Source of the DNA: an uncultured Candidatus Poseidoniales archaeon
GTDB taxonomy: Archaea; Thermoplasmatota; Poseidoniia; Poseidoniales; Thalassarchaeaceae
Assembly: GCA_964003245.1 (NCBI GenBank)
Contig: CAXFIU010000003.1
Location: 1 to 56,636 of the forward strand
DNA length: 56,636 bases
Reading direction: 5' to 3'
Each line of letters opens with the position of its first letter. The first letter of the stretch is position 1. Shown piece after piece: positions 25,615 through 34,926 of this stretch. The translations under genes were made by a program, and so were the position numbers. Below the pieces are notes generated by a model. That model saw only the letters and a program-made list of their open reading frames with translations, was not told the origin of the DNA and ran no database searches.

Positions 25615-28600
25615 TCATGTAGTAGTTCTATCATCATATCTTATTGGTGAAGCACTATTTCCACGTACTCCATCCAACATATCATCTTCTATTTCAAAGA
25701 AGTCGTTTAACCAGTCTCCATCTGTGTCCCATTTTGTCGGATCAGTTCCATCAGCAATCTGATCTCCATCAATATCTAAAACCCACCAACCAAATACATA
25801 TTCTCCAAGACCGATATTAGGGAAATGATACTGGTCTCCTGCGAATCTTTGGTAAGAATCGGCCCATTCGCCGTTACACAATGTCTCGTCGTCTGTAGTG
25901 TCTAAGTATTGATAATCCAAATCATTATCATCAACAATTAATGCAAATAGTTGATCATTATTATTGATTTTATACATTCTAAAATAATTTGATGTAAGTG
26001 CTGATGAACCAGAGCATGTCCCTAACAAAGACTCTCTTAACTGCCACCATTCTTCAACATAATTACCTGAACAATCATTCAATAAAGACTGGCGGACTAA
26101 GGTTGGAGAAGATAGAGATGCATTTACCACACCATAATATTCTTGGAAATTATTGTAAGGTTGATATTCACAATTTCCTCCTGAACAGTCCCATCCTCCA
26201 TCATTATCAGCATCTTGACCAGCATCACTAGCATCTGTTGCATCATGAGTAAACCAAACCCAGTTTAAAATCGGTCTAGAAATAACATTATTAGAAATCT
26301 GTACTGGTTTTAGATTATTTGCAGAAATTTGCTCCCATTGTACTTCTATTTTAAGATAAGATGACCAATTGTCATTAGTTTCATTCCATCCTCTGTAGTA
26401 TTCATAGAAATCAGGCATCATATCTCCATCAGTATCGTTGTCTAAAGGATTTGTACCATACTTGAAAATTTCTCGACCATCACTTAGATTCATGTCCTGG
26501 ATATAATCTGTAACTTCGCCATTAGTAAAAACCGGCTTCATCACCATGGAGTCATCATCTGAGTCTGAATCCAGTGGCAATGTTCCGTTTTCATATTCCA
26601 TGATATTACTAAAGAATAAAGGAAGTACTCCATTACCAATTTGATTTTCCATATTTTCTGGTATAAATTGTCTATTCTCCCATTTCCCTTGGGTTGCTGG
26701 ATCATCTTCCCACTGCCTGTCATACCAACCATCTTCATCAGGATCGTAATTTACATCAAGTGGATTAATTGGATTCATTGACCATCGATAGTCATTAACT
26801 GGTAAATATTGACCATATATTGAGAAACAGTATTCCCAACCATCCGGCATTCCATCCCTGTCCGAGTCAGAATCTGTGGGGTCACTAATTCCTGCTAAAC
26901 TAATATTAAAATTATCAGGGTTTATCTGATTAATTAATCCCGATTTCTCAAATGAAGATATTGATTTCGAAGAAAAAGTAACATATAATTGACTTAATGC
27001 CAAGGAATAGCTCATAGATTTTTCATCCATGTATGCATTTACAGTGTCTGCACCATATGAAACAAGACCTGTTCCGTTGGGAATGCTATCAATTGCTAAT
27101 TTTTTACCATATATTCTTGATTCGAACTCTGCCAGATTATCATAAGATTCGGATGGAGAAATTATTCCATCGCCATTACAATCATATGAGTCTTCGTCAC
27201 TATCAACAGAAATATCAGTCCCCGTAAGAAGATTCATCTCCCAGCGATTATCTTCAAGATTCCATTCAGTAAACCAATATTCGTAACCATCACTCATCCC
27301 GTCTCTATCTGTATCTTCTGTTGTCGGATCTGAGACTCCAAATAGGGCTTTAAGAAGAGGTTTTGCTGTGGCTCCTCCTTGCCAATCAGCAAATTGCTGA
27401 AGTGCTAGTTGGGCCCTCCCTTCTTTGTTGAAAAGAATCCGATATACTCTATTTTCGGCCTCTGAAGGGTCAAGATACTCGGCCTCTTCCCAAAGTCTAG
27501 GTGCATCCGGAGGAGATAGCCCTCCATTGAATGGATTATTGAGTGTTAGATTGAGCTCGATCTGATCTGAAATACCATCATTATCTGAGTCATAATTTCC
27601 ATCATTAGGTACAAGAGGGTTGAGGGTCCAAACCTCATCGGTTGAGTTCCATCGTGTGAAGATTAATTCCATACCATCTAGTAACCCATCTGAATCTGTA
27701 TCAGGGTTATTGGGGTCTGCTGTTAAACCTGTAAGATTAATTTGTTCAGGTGTCAAAAATGAGCCGAAAGAACTGGAGGACTGTGCAGATAACCAGGGAT
27801 TAGGAAGATATTCGCCACCAAAGTAGAGAAGATAAAATTGAGGAACCGTAATTAGAGAATCTATCTCTGAAAGATTACTAGATATTACATTATATTCTTC
27901 CCAGTTGTTCATTCCATCTCCATCAGGATCACCTATGCGATCATTCTCGTTAACTGGATTGAGGGTCCAAGAGCTATCAAAAAGACTCCATCTAGCATGA
28001 TAAAACTCCCAACCATCTGGCATTCCATCTAGATCTGAATCGGAACTTAGTGGATTTCCTGAGCCTACATCTATTTCAGAAGTTGCATTGATTAGGTTAT
28101 TGTAATTATTACTAGCATACTTACCGAATGAACCACCGGCAAAGTCTTCCCACGTATCATTGAATAAAAATGTAGTAAAATTGTCAGGGAATGGAATATC
28201 ATTATCGGTACTGTCAGAAAAAATAATCTCAGATTTCCAATGGAACTCCATCCAATTAACTAGACTCTCTTCTAATTCCAAAATACCATTATGATTAATG
28301 TCATATCCATCACCATCTGGATTATTCAATGCATCAGAGCCATTCAAAGGATTGAGCCCCGCAGCATCCACAGACCATGAACAAGAGTATCTTGCCTCCC
28401 ATCCATCTGGTAATGTATCGCCATCTGAATCAACATTATTTGGATCAGTTGCAGTCCAATTTAAGGCGGCATCGGAGCTTTCACCATGTGAGGGGAGACC
28501 TTCATTAATGACAGTTTGAAGTAGATTAGACCATTTGTACTCACATAAATTGGAAAGTCCATCATTATCTGCATCACCTAGAGCATCATTAGGATCCCTA

Positions 28601-31335
28601 GGGTCCAATGTCCATAGATTACCGCCATTATATACATCTCCGATCCATCTTCGATTTGCAATTTCCCAACCATCCGGCATTCCATCACCATCTGAGTCTG
28701 TATCAGTAGGGTCTGTAGGTCCATCAGTTCCTCCGCCTGCACCAGAACCCAACCATCCTTCAAGATGTACAGACAAAGCTTCAGAACCAGTTATTTCATC
28801 ACAAATATACTCTTGGTTCAAATAATGGCAATCAAAATTAGTAGATTCTGTAAACCAGCCCCAATATTCTTCGCCATCAGTTAATCCATCTCCATCAGTA
28901 TCTATATTTCTCGGATCTGTTCCATTAAAACCATTTTCTGAATTAGTGATAAATCGGAACTCGTCTAGATTAGTCCAACTCCTATCGATACCTTCGCCGA
29001 ACTCAGGATTGTATAGGACACCATCGGCATCTGCATCTCTATCTCTATCATATGGATCAGTTGGATCAAGTCCGTGAATAAATTCCCAACCATCGGGCAT
29101 TCCATCAAGGTCTGAATCAGTTGATTGAGGATCAATTGGCATTATATTCATATAATTACCAGGAGAAATACCTGCGAACATTATGATTGATTCGGATGAT
29201 TCTAATGTCGTTAATGAAGTTACTAATCCTGGAAGGAATGTTTGATTTTCTGACATTCCAGTTACTCCCTGATAACCTCCTTCGAGAACCCAAGTGCCAT
29301 CTTTAGAACCAACTATTACTTGATTTTCAAATGTATGAACTGAATGAACATCGTTTGAACCTGATAACCAATTCTCTTGATTCCACATTCTCTCTGAATC
29401 AAAGGCAGTTACAGGCATTGATATCAATTTACCAGTATCAATTAAATGTAAGCCTCCAGATGTACCAATCCATGCACCAGTAATTAATTCAAAATTTCCC
29501 GAAGAATCTTTTGGCCCAGCAGGTTGCAAAATATTTACTATAGCTGATTTTGAAACATTAAGTAAATCGGCTTTTTGTACAAAATCTTCGGCGTTTTCTC
29601 TATTGAAGACCCACCAAGGAGTACCTACAGAGTCAGAACCGTCTGTAGTATTCCAGGCAACTAATCCACCATCCGTTCCTATCAAAAGTAAAGGTCCACG
29701 GCCATCCATTTCCATATGCAATGCAGTATTTACATTGGCTGCATTAACAGACAATATTTCCGAGATGGAATCAAGATAAATTAGAGAATCTATAGTTGTC
29801 CCAGATATTGATGCCGTCCATACATCTTGTCCTGAAAAAAGCATTAAATCTAGATTCCCACTACCTGTCTTAAGCACAACCATTTCATTTATTGAATCCA
29901 CAAAGATACTGGAATCCGATTCCTCAAAGGTTGATGATTCGATTTGCGGAATACCATTAATCATTTCAACTATTGATACCCCTAGGTTTGTTAATAAAAT
30001 TAGATATTCTCCCTCATCATCTGACCAATCCATCATTGAATTCAAAACTAAACCTGAAGGAAGTTCTATCATTGTAGATACCTGATTAAACGGATCCAAT
30101 ATGGTTATTCCATATTCTGAACCTACGATTAATCGATCTCTCTGATTATCAGAGATAATAGTATGTACACTAGCATCTACTAATTGTGGAGATGTTGACT
30201 GATCATATGTCAAGAAACTATCACCAGGATTGGACAAATCAATACTCCTGAGTCCAGGAGTAACTGAAACTCCTTGATCATAAAATATCATATATTCTTC
30301 ATAATTACTAAAGGATTCACCCCAACTAGATGTAGCTACTGAAGTGTCAGGAATAATATATCCGTCCCTATCCAGATCCCAGCCATCTGAATCTGAATCT
30401 ATAATTGCATCACTAGCATTTCTTGGGTCAAGCCCATAATGTACTTCCCAACCATCTGGAATTCCATCTCCAGGAACGGCTAAACCAACAGAAATAATCT
30501 CGGCCCATGAATAATAGTCTGAATCAGATTCGGTTGGATCACTACCTAACCATCCATCGCCAGTTTGTCTTTCTACAGATTTTTGGCATGATTCTGAATT
30601 TAACATGTTAATCTCACCGAAACACCACAAACCATCTCTCTCAGTTACCCAGTCTTCTGGAGTTCCGAAGAGATATTCCTCAGAATTAGTATATTTCTCC
30701 GTATCGTCTATAATTCCATTTCTATCCACATCAAAACCGTCCCCGCATCCAAATGTAAAATCTGCACATCTATCAATATCCTCCCACATATCGCTGGGGT
30801 CTAATGGATCAAACCAGAGACAAGTCCATGCATTTGTTGTGTTAAGATAACCAAGTCCGCCTTCAGTACACATATAAATTTCATAACCGTCAGGGAGACC
30901 ATCTCCGTCAGTATCTGCTACTCTAGGGTCAAGCCATTCTCTCATACCTGAATCTGTTAATTCTCCCGGCTTGCCAGTTAATGATACTCTATCTGTAAAA
31001 CATCTATCTAATGTATAAGGCCAACAATACTCAAGAAGAGCACTTGCTCCATCACGGTCATGATCAGACATATTATCCGTACCATTCCTTGAGTCCAATC
31101 CAGATATACTAATTATTTCAGTCCCTAAATTAAGAATAATATCTTCTCCAAATAATATTTCTTCATGGAAATCAGGAATCTTATCTCCATCTTCATCAGT
31201 CACTGGAGGACCTCCTCCAGCAGCATCTCCAGGGTCGACATTTTCTACCGGCGCCTGAGGCCTAGTTTGAGAAACAAAGGCTAAACTTGACAGGATTAGG
31301 ACTGTCATAAGAAGTGCTGTTTGTTTACGCCTCAT
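25615..31335 (-). CDS. Giant secreted protein (1906 aa): bacterial-type thrombospondin type 3 (TSP3) calcium-binding repeats flanking a Reg_prop-like beta-propeller
   Basis: Leader MRRKQTALLMTVLILSSLAFVSQ with GGAGAGGTGAT just upstream. Many D-x-D-x-D-G-x-x-D-G-(W/Y)-E units (DSDLDGMPDGWEF twice, DSDGDGMPDGWEI, DSDRDGMPDGWEY, DTDGDGLPDGYEI). The middle region has propeller-blade signatures IGTDGGLVAWN, IGTSGGLHLID, VGSKDGTWVLE. Confidence 0.85.
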   Translation of the reverse strand: MRRKQTALLMTVLILSSLAFVSQTRPQAPVENVDPGDAAGGGPPVTDEDGDKIPDFHEEILFGEDIILNLGTEIISISGLDSRNGTDNMSDHDRDGASALLEYCWPYTLDRCFTDRVSLTGKPGELTDSGMREWLDPRVADTDGDGLPDGYEIYMCTEGGLGYLNTTNAWTCLWFDPLDPSDMWEDIDRCADFTFGCGDGFDVDRNGIIDDTEKYTNSEEYLFGTPEDWVTERDGLWCFGEINMLNSESCQKSVERQTGDGWLGSDPTESDSDYYSWAEIISVGLAVPGDGIPDGWEVHYGLDPRNASDAIIDSDSDGWDLDRDGYIIPDTSVATSSWGESFSNYEEYMIFYDQGVSVTPGLRSIDLSNPGDSFLTYDQSTSPQLVDASVHTIISDNQRDRLIVGSEYGITILDPFNQVSTMIELPSGLVLNSMMDWSDDEGEYLILLTNLGVSIVEMINGIPQIESSTFEESDSSIFVDSINEMVVLKTGSGNLDLMLFSGQDVWTASISGTTIDSLIYLDSISEILSVNAANVNTALHMEMDGRGPLLLIGTDGGLVAWNTTDGSDSVGTPWWVFNRENAEDFVQKADLLNVSKSAIVNILQPAGPKDSSGNFELITGAWIGTSGGLHLIDTGKLISMPVTAFDSERMWNQENWLSGSNDVHSVHTFENQVIVGSKDGTWVLEGGYQGVTGMSENQTFLPGLVTSLTTLESSESIIMFAGISPGNYMNIMPIDPQSTDSDLDGMPDGWEFIHGLDPTDPYDRDRDADADGVLYNPEFGEGIDRSWTNLDEFRFITNSENGFNGTDPRNIDTDGDGLTDGEEYWGWFTESTNFDCHYLNQEYICDEITGSEALSVHLEGWLGSGAGGGTDGPTDPTDTDSDGDGMPDGWEIANRRWIGDVYNGGNLWTLDPRDPNDALGDADNDGLSNLCEYKWSNLLQTVINEGLPSHGESSDAALNWTATDPNNVDSDGDTLPDGWEARYSCSWSVDAAGLNPLNGSDALNNPDGDGYDINHNGILELEESLVNWMEFHWKSEIIFSDSTDNDIPFPDNFTTFLFNDTWEDFAGGSFGKYASNNYNNLINATSEIDVGSGNPLSSDSDLDGMPDGWEFYHARWSLFDSSWTLNPVNENDRIGDPDGDGMNNWEEYNVISSNLSEIDSLITVPQFYLLYFGGEYLPNPWLSAQSSSSFGSFLTPEQINLTGLTADPNNPDTDSDGLLDGMELIFTRWNSTDEVWTLNPLVPNDGNYDSDNDGISDQIELNLTLNNPFNGGLSPPDAPRLWEEAEYLDPSEAENRVYRILFNKEGRAQLALQQFADWQGGATAKPLLKALFGVSDPTTEDTDRDGMSDGYEYWFTEWNLEDNRWEMNLLTGTDISVDSDEDSYDCNGDGIISPSESYDNLAEFESRIYGKKLAIDSIPNGTGLVSYGADTVNAYMDEKSMSYSLALSQLYVTFSSKSISSFEKSGLINQINPDNFNISLAGISDPTDSDSDRDGMPDGWEYCFSIYGQYLPVNDYRWSMNPINPLDVNYDPDEDGWYDRQWEDDPATQGKWENRQFIPENMENQIGNGVLPLFFSNIMEYENGTLPLDSDSDDDSMVMKPVFTNGEVTDYIQDMNLSDGREIFKYGTNPLDNDTDGDMMPDFYEYYRGWNETNDNWSSYLKIEVQWEQISANNLKPVQISNNVISRPILNWVWFTHDATDASDAGQDADNDGGWDCSGGNCEYQPYNNFQEYYGVVNASLSSPTLVRQSLLNDCSGNYVEEWWQLRESLLGTCSGSSALTSNYFRMYKINNNDQLFALIVDDNDLDYQYLDTTDDETLCNGEWADSYQRFAGDQYHFPNIGLGEYVFGWWVLDIDGDQIADGTDPTKWDTDGDWLNDFFEIEDDMLDGVRGNSASPIRYDDRTTT
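26835..29106 (-). repeat. Four copies of the 22-nt core CCCAACCATCNGGCATTCCATC (antisense of DGMPDGWE codons) inside the 1906-aa gene
   Basis: Exact cores read at 26835..26856, 28008..28029, 28665..28686 and 29085..29106. There is a one-mismatch copy at 30447..30468 (encodes DGIPDGWE). Only the Pro wobble base (N) varies among the exact copies. Confidence 0.9.
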
Positions 31336-31512
31336 GCTATCACCTCTCCTTAACTACCCTTAGCGACTTTCATGTATTTATGACCATGATGGAGCGTCGT
31401 TCGGACAAATATGTATGATTGACACATTATGGCGGTCTCAGAATGGTGTGAAAATTTGATTTTTTGGGAATATAAAACAGATTCATTGAAGGACTAAACG
31501 TCCCCTCAAGAG

Positions 31513-32343
31513 GTGATTGATGTGGGGCTACAGATTACTCATTTAGGTTCAGGTAGTAGAGGTAACTCTACCTTGCTAGAATCCGATAATTGTAAAGTAC
31601 TAATTGATTGTGGTTTCTCGCTAAAACAAACTGAAAAAAGACTATCTAGAATAGAAATTGAACCAAGTTCAATTGATGCGATTTTTATTACTCACCATCA
31701 TGGAGATCATTCTAGATCCGCCCTTAAGGCCTCTCAAAAATGGGATGCAAGACTCTATTGTAATATTGAAACTGCTATTAAAATGGGTTGGAATCCTATT
31801 TTAGATTGTAGGACATTTGGTAATCTAGAACGAATCAATGTCAATGATGAGATTAGCGTTCTTCCGATACCCATACCGCATGATGATGCGGAGAATATAG
31901 CTTTGATTGTAAGTAATGGAGATGGCAATAGAGCTGGTTTCGTCACCGACCTAGGGGAAGCAACCGTAGAATTAAAGCGACATTTGAAAGGATGTGCACA
32001 TATCTCAATTGAAGCGAATTATGATCATAGTAAATTAATGCAGGGACCATATCCAGATTCACTAAAGAGAAGAATAACTAGTAGAGGTGGCCACTTATCA
32101 AATAGTCAAACCGCAGAAATCCTGAATGAAGTTATGACGCCCGAACTCAAAACAATAGTTCTATGCCATTTATCCGATAAAAATAATGCACCACATCTAG
32201 CAGAAAGTGAAGTTTTAATGATGATAGGTGAAGAATATAAAGGAATGATATTCATATCTGAACAGTCAGGACCTGAATTTAAAATTATAATTGGAGAAAA
32301 TAATCTAGAAACTAAGATTAAGACTGAAATTAGTGACCCATGA
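31513..32343 (+). CDS. MBL-fold metallo-hydrolase, YycJ/WalJ-like
   Basis: ITHLGSGSRGNSTLL, HxHxDH motif ITHHHGDH, and EANYDHSKLMQGPYPDSLKRRITSRGGHLSN, which is typical of the YycJ family. GTG 31513 opens the ORF. GTG 31522, preceded by GAGGTGAT, is an alternative start. Confidence 0.85.
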   Translation: MIDVGLQITHLGSGSRGNSTLLESDNCKVLIDCGFSLKQTEKRLSRIEIEPSSIDAIFITHHHGDHSRSALKASQKWDARLYCNIETAIKMGWNPILDCRTFGNLERINVNDEISVLPIPIPHDDAENIALIVSNGDGNRAGFVTDLGEATVELKRHLKGCAHISIEANYDHSKLMQGPYPDSLKRRITSRGGHLSNSQTAEILNEVMTPELKTIVLCHLSDKNNAPHLAESEVLMMIGEEYKGMIFISEQSGPEFKIIIGENNLETKIKTEISDP

Positions 32344-34858
32344 CCACTCTGTGAACTGAGTTCTGTACTTCTCTCATACGATCATTAGCACCGAGTTCTC
32401 GGAAAACTGAAAGTGCTTTCTGAAGATATTCCATTCTTTGAGAACGATCCGTTTCGACTTCTCCGAGGCGAGCGAGTAATTCTCCTTTCAAATGGCGGAA
32501 ATCATTGGCTTCAGCCAATGCTAAACCTTCCAAATAATGTTCGGAAGCTTCCTCTTTTCTACCTGCGTCACTCAATACTTGCCCCAAGAGCATTTCAACT
32601 TCAACAGCACTGTGAGGATCTGCCTGTTCTGAAAGAATCTCTAAGGCACCAGAGTAATGCAACATTGCTAAATCATTATCTTTAATTTTTGCATAATATC
32701 TCCCCAATACTGCTCTGGCTCTAGCATGAAGAGTGTCTTGACCATTATCCTTAGTTTCATCGTGAGCCAGCATTGCATGATCTCGTGCACGATCTAATTC
32801 TCCCATTTCTAAAAATGCAGAAGCAAGACGTATTCTTGAATCGCATAACTCAGGATTATTTTCTGATTCAAGAAGTTCCTCGACGTTTCCGTATACTTCC
32901 AAAGCATGTCTATTATCTCTACGACGACGGAAAATATAGCCCATATTATTGTATGAACGTGCTGCTGAAACAGCATCTCTAGTCTTGATTTGAATCTCTA
33001 ATGCTTGTCTATGTAACTCTAATGCATCATCCATTGCTCCTCTTTTGACCGCTATATCGGCTCTTGATGACAATAGTCTAGCTAATTCTTTATTCTGTTT
33101 GTTTTTACGTGCTATAGGGATTGCTGCATCATATTCTTTCTCAGCATCGTTCCACTGTCCTTGAATTGATAGGATATCACCTCTTAGTTCTCTAACAATA
33201 CCCCAAGATCTAGAATCAAAACCTTCTCTATCTAAAGATCTCAAAATTCCTAGAAGTTCTGTATGCCCTGATTGGACTAGATTAGGCCCTTCTGAAGATA
33301 ATACGGATGCCAACTCTTCTATTTGATCTGAATTATTCAAATGATGAATAAATTCAATCCTATCAGTAGGGCTGGCCTTACGATTTCGATACCAATTAAC
33401 AGCATTATTGTGTAACTCATTTCGTAAATTTTGCTCCATTGAGAGAACTAAGAATTCTCTAACTAAGTCATGAACATCATAGTTCTCACTATCTGCTTGT
33501 CTAGCTAATCCTTTCTCAACTAAATCATCTAACAAATCGACTGCTGCATCAAGATCACTCAAAGCACTGAGCGGCATTGGTTCACGGAAAACTGCAATAG
33601 CTCCAAGAAGTCTCTTTTGAGGACCAGATAGTCTACTAAATATTTCCTTTTCTACAAATGTTTCTAGAGTGGCGTGGAAGGTCCCTCCGACGCTACCTCT
33701 GTTAATCAACTCGAGAACAAGTGGATGGCCTCTAGAAAGTGAATAAATATGTAGGAACTGAGAGGCATCCATGTCAGGCATTGCTGAAAGAATCTGTTTG
33801 CTTGACTCTTTATCAAGTCCCTCAAGAGGCATTACTAGTGTGAGAATTTTTCCTTCTGAGTCTTTCTCAGGAACTACCATTCTAAATGATCTGGAAAACA
33901 TGATTACGCCAACTTGATTCAGACTAGGGATTCTTGTGGCTATACCTCTTAAGATAGTGATAAGAGTCTCATCACCAACTTTATGCAAATCATCAATTAC
34001 AATTAAACTAGGAGAATTTCTAAGACCTTCAATAATTAGATCAATGGCTACGTTAGACTGAGGTATTGGAGTGGCGGCTAAGTAATCAGATAGCCCATTA
34101 TTCCCCATAGTTGCTTGCCATTCTGCAGTTGCTTCAAGGAAAGCTCTAGAGCCTTCCCAATCCTGACATCTATGATATAAAAGATTTCTTTCATGAGTAA
34201 ATCTTTCAAGAATTTTCCCTGCTAGAGCAGTTTTTCCAATACCTGCAATTCCAGGAACTAATATCGATGAAGACCTTTTTTCAAGAAGATTGACCATATC
34301 ATCTACTTCTTTCTCTCTGCCGAAAAATTTCCTAGTTCTAGGGAGATCATTGAAAGAAGTTACTAGCTGTTTTTCAATGTGTTTTGATAAGTCTCTCTCA
34401 ATTAATTCTGCAGAAAGTACAGATAAATCTAAACTACCATTATCATCGATATATCTCAAAATATCTACATGCCTTAATGGTAAGTCTGTCAACTCAAGAG
34501 CATTCACAAGAGGCACACTTTTCGAACTTCCATCAGGAAACTTAAGTCTGACATTCTGTGTACTAACTTTTTCCCAAATACCATTAGCTACTTTTATCCC
34601 ATCATCTGTAAGAAAATATGCCTTTCTCTTGCGAGAAACTCCAGTCACATGAGCCTGTCTTTCTATTAGTAGACCTTGTTCCCTCATTCCGGAGATTGCT
34701 CGAGGGACATTTGATCGGGCTATTGCAACAGAATTAGCAATACCCATCTGTGAAAGCGCAAAAGGAACTTCAACCCGTCCAGCATGCTCAACATAGTCTC
34801 TAAGATGTAATAGAATCCTCTCTTGAACGCCGGGCCTAGGCACGGCCATGTTACTCAT
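32330..34858 (-). CDS. STAND-class NTPase regulator: N-terminal winged HTH + NB-ARC/LAL-like ATPase + C-terminal TPR array
   Basis: wHTH LSQMGIANSVAIARSNVPRAISGMREQGLLIE. FFGREKEVDDMVNLL followed by Walker A VPGIAGIGKTALAG, Walker B LIVIDDLH, and a GxP-type motif SRGHPLVLELI. The C-terminal roughly 300 aa is made of TPR-like helical repeats (YNNMGYIF, LASAFLEMGELDRA, LGRYYAKIKDNDLA). Confidence 0.8.
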   Translation of the reverse strand: MSNMAVPRPGVQERILLHLRDYVEHAGRVEVPFALSQMGIANSVAIARSNVPRAISGMREQGLLIERQAHVTGVSRKRKAYFLTDDGIKVANGIWEKVSTQNVRLKFPDGSSKSVPLVNALELTDLPLRHVDILRYIDDNGSLDLSVLSAELIERDLSKHIEKQLVTSFNDLPRTRKFFGREKEVDDMVNLLEKRSSSILVPGIAGIGKTALAGKILERFTHERNLLYHRCQDWEGSRAFLEATAEWQATMGNNGLSDYLAATPIPQSNVAIDLIIEGLRNSPSLIVIDDLHKVGDETLITILRGIATRIPSLNQVGVIMFSRSFRMVVPEKDSEGKILTLVMPLEGLDKESSKQILSAMPDMDASQFLHIYSLSRGHPLVLELINRGSVGGTFHATLETFVEKEIFSRLSGPQKRLLGAIAVFREPMPLSALSDLDAAVDLLDDLVEKGLARQADSENYDVHDLVREFLVLSMEQNLRNELHNNAVNWYRNRKASPTDRIEFIHHLNNSDQIEELASVLSSEGPNLVQSGHTELLGILRSLDREGFDSRSWGIVRELRGDILSIQGQWNDAEKEYDAAIPIARKNKQNKELARLLSSRADIAVKRGAMDDALELHRQALEIQIKTRDAVSAARSYNNMGYIFRRRRDNRHALEVYGNVEELLESENNPELCDSRIRLASAFLEMGELDRARDHAMLAHDETKDNGQDTLHARARAVLGRYYAKIKDNDLAMLHYSGALEILSEQADPHSAVEVEMLLGQVLSDAGRKEEASEHYLEGLALAEANDFRHLKGELLARLGEVETDRSQRMEYLQKALSVFRELGANDRMREVQNSVHRVVMGH

Positions 34859-34926
34859 ATTGTTACAGCAATCTGAATCAATACATGAAGTTTCGGTGGA
34901 GAAGTCTCTGAGTTAAGTCATATGAA

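Noticed and set aside
28298-28825. Plus-strand ORFs with PSPSES-type repeats
   Set aside because: They are the antisense reading of the D-G-D-G TSP3 repeats of the 1906-aa gene and so an artefact of repeat periodicity.
25615-31335. Periodic short repeats that could be mistaken for a CRISPR or tandem-repeat array
   Set aside because: The repeats are irregularly spaced and in frame, and they encode the TSP3 calcium loop. There are no uniform spacers and no leader or cas genes anywhere in the window.
31336-31512. Possible riboswitch, ncRNA or 12-codon uORF (ATGACCATGATGGAG...) in the largest intergenic region
   Set aside because: There is no extended complementary structure or conserved-looking motif. 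The region is adequately explained as a divergent promoter region with AT-rich TATA-like elements and an SD (GGAGAGGTGAT) for the 1906-aa gene.
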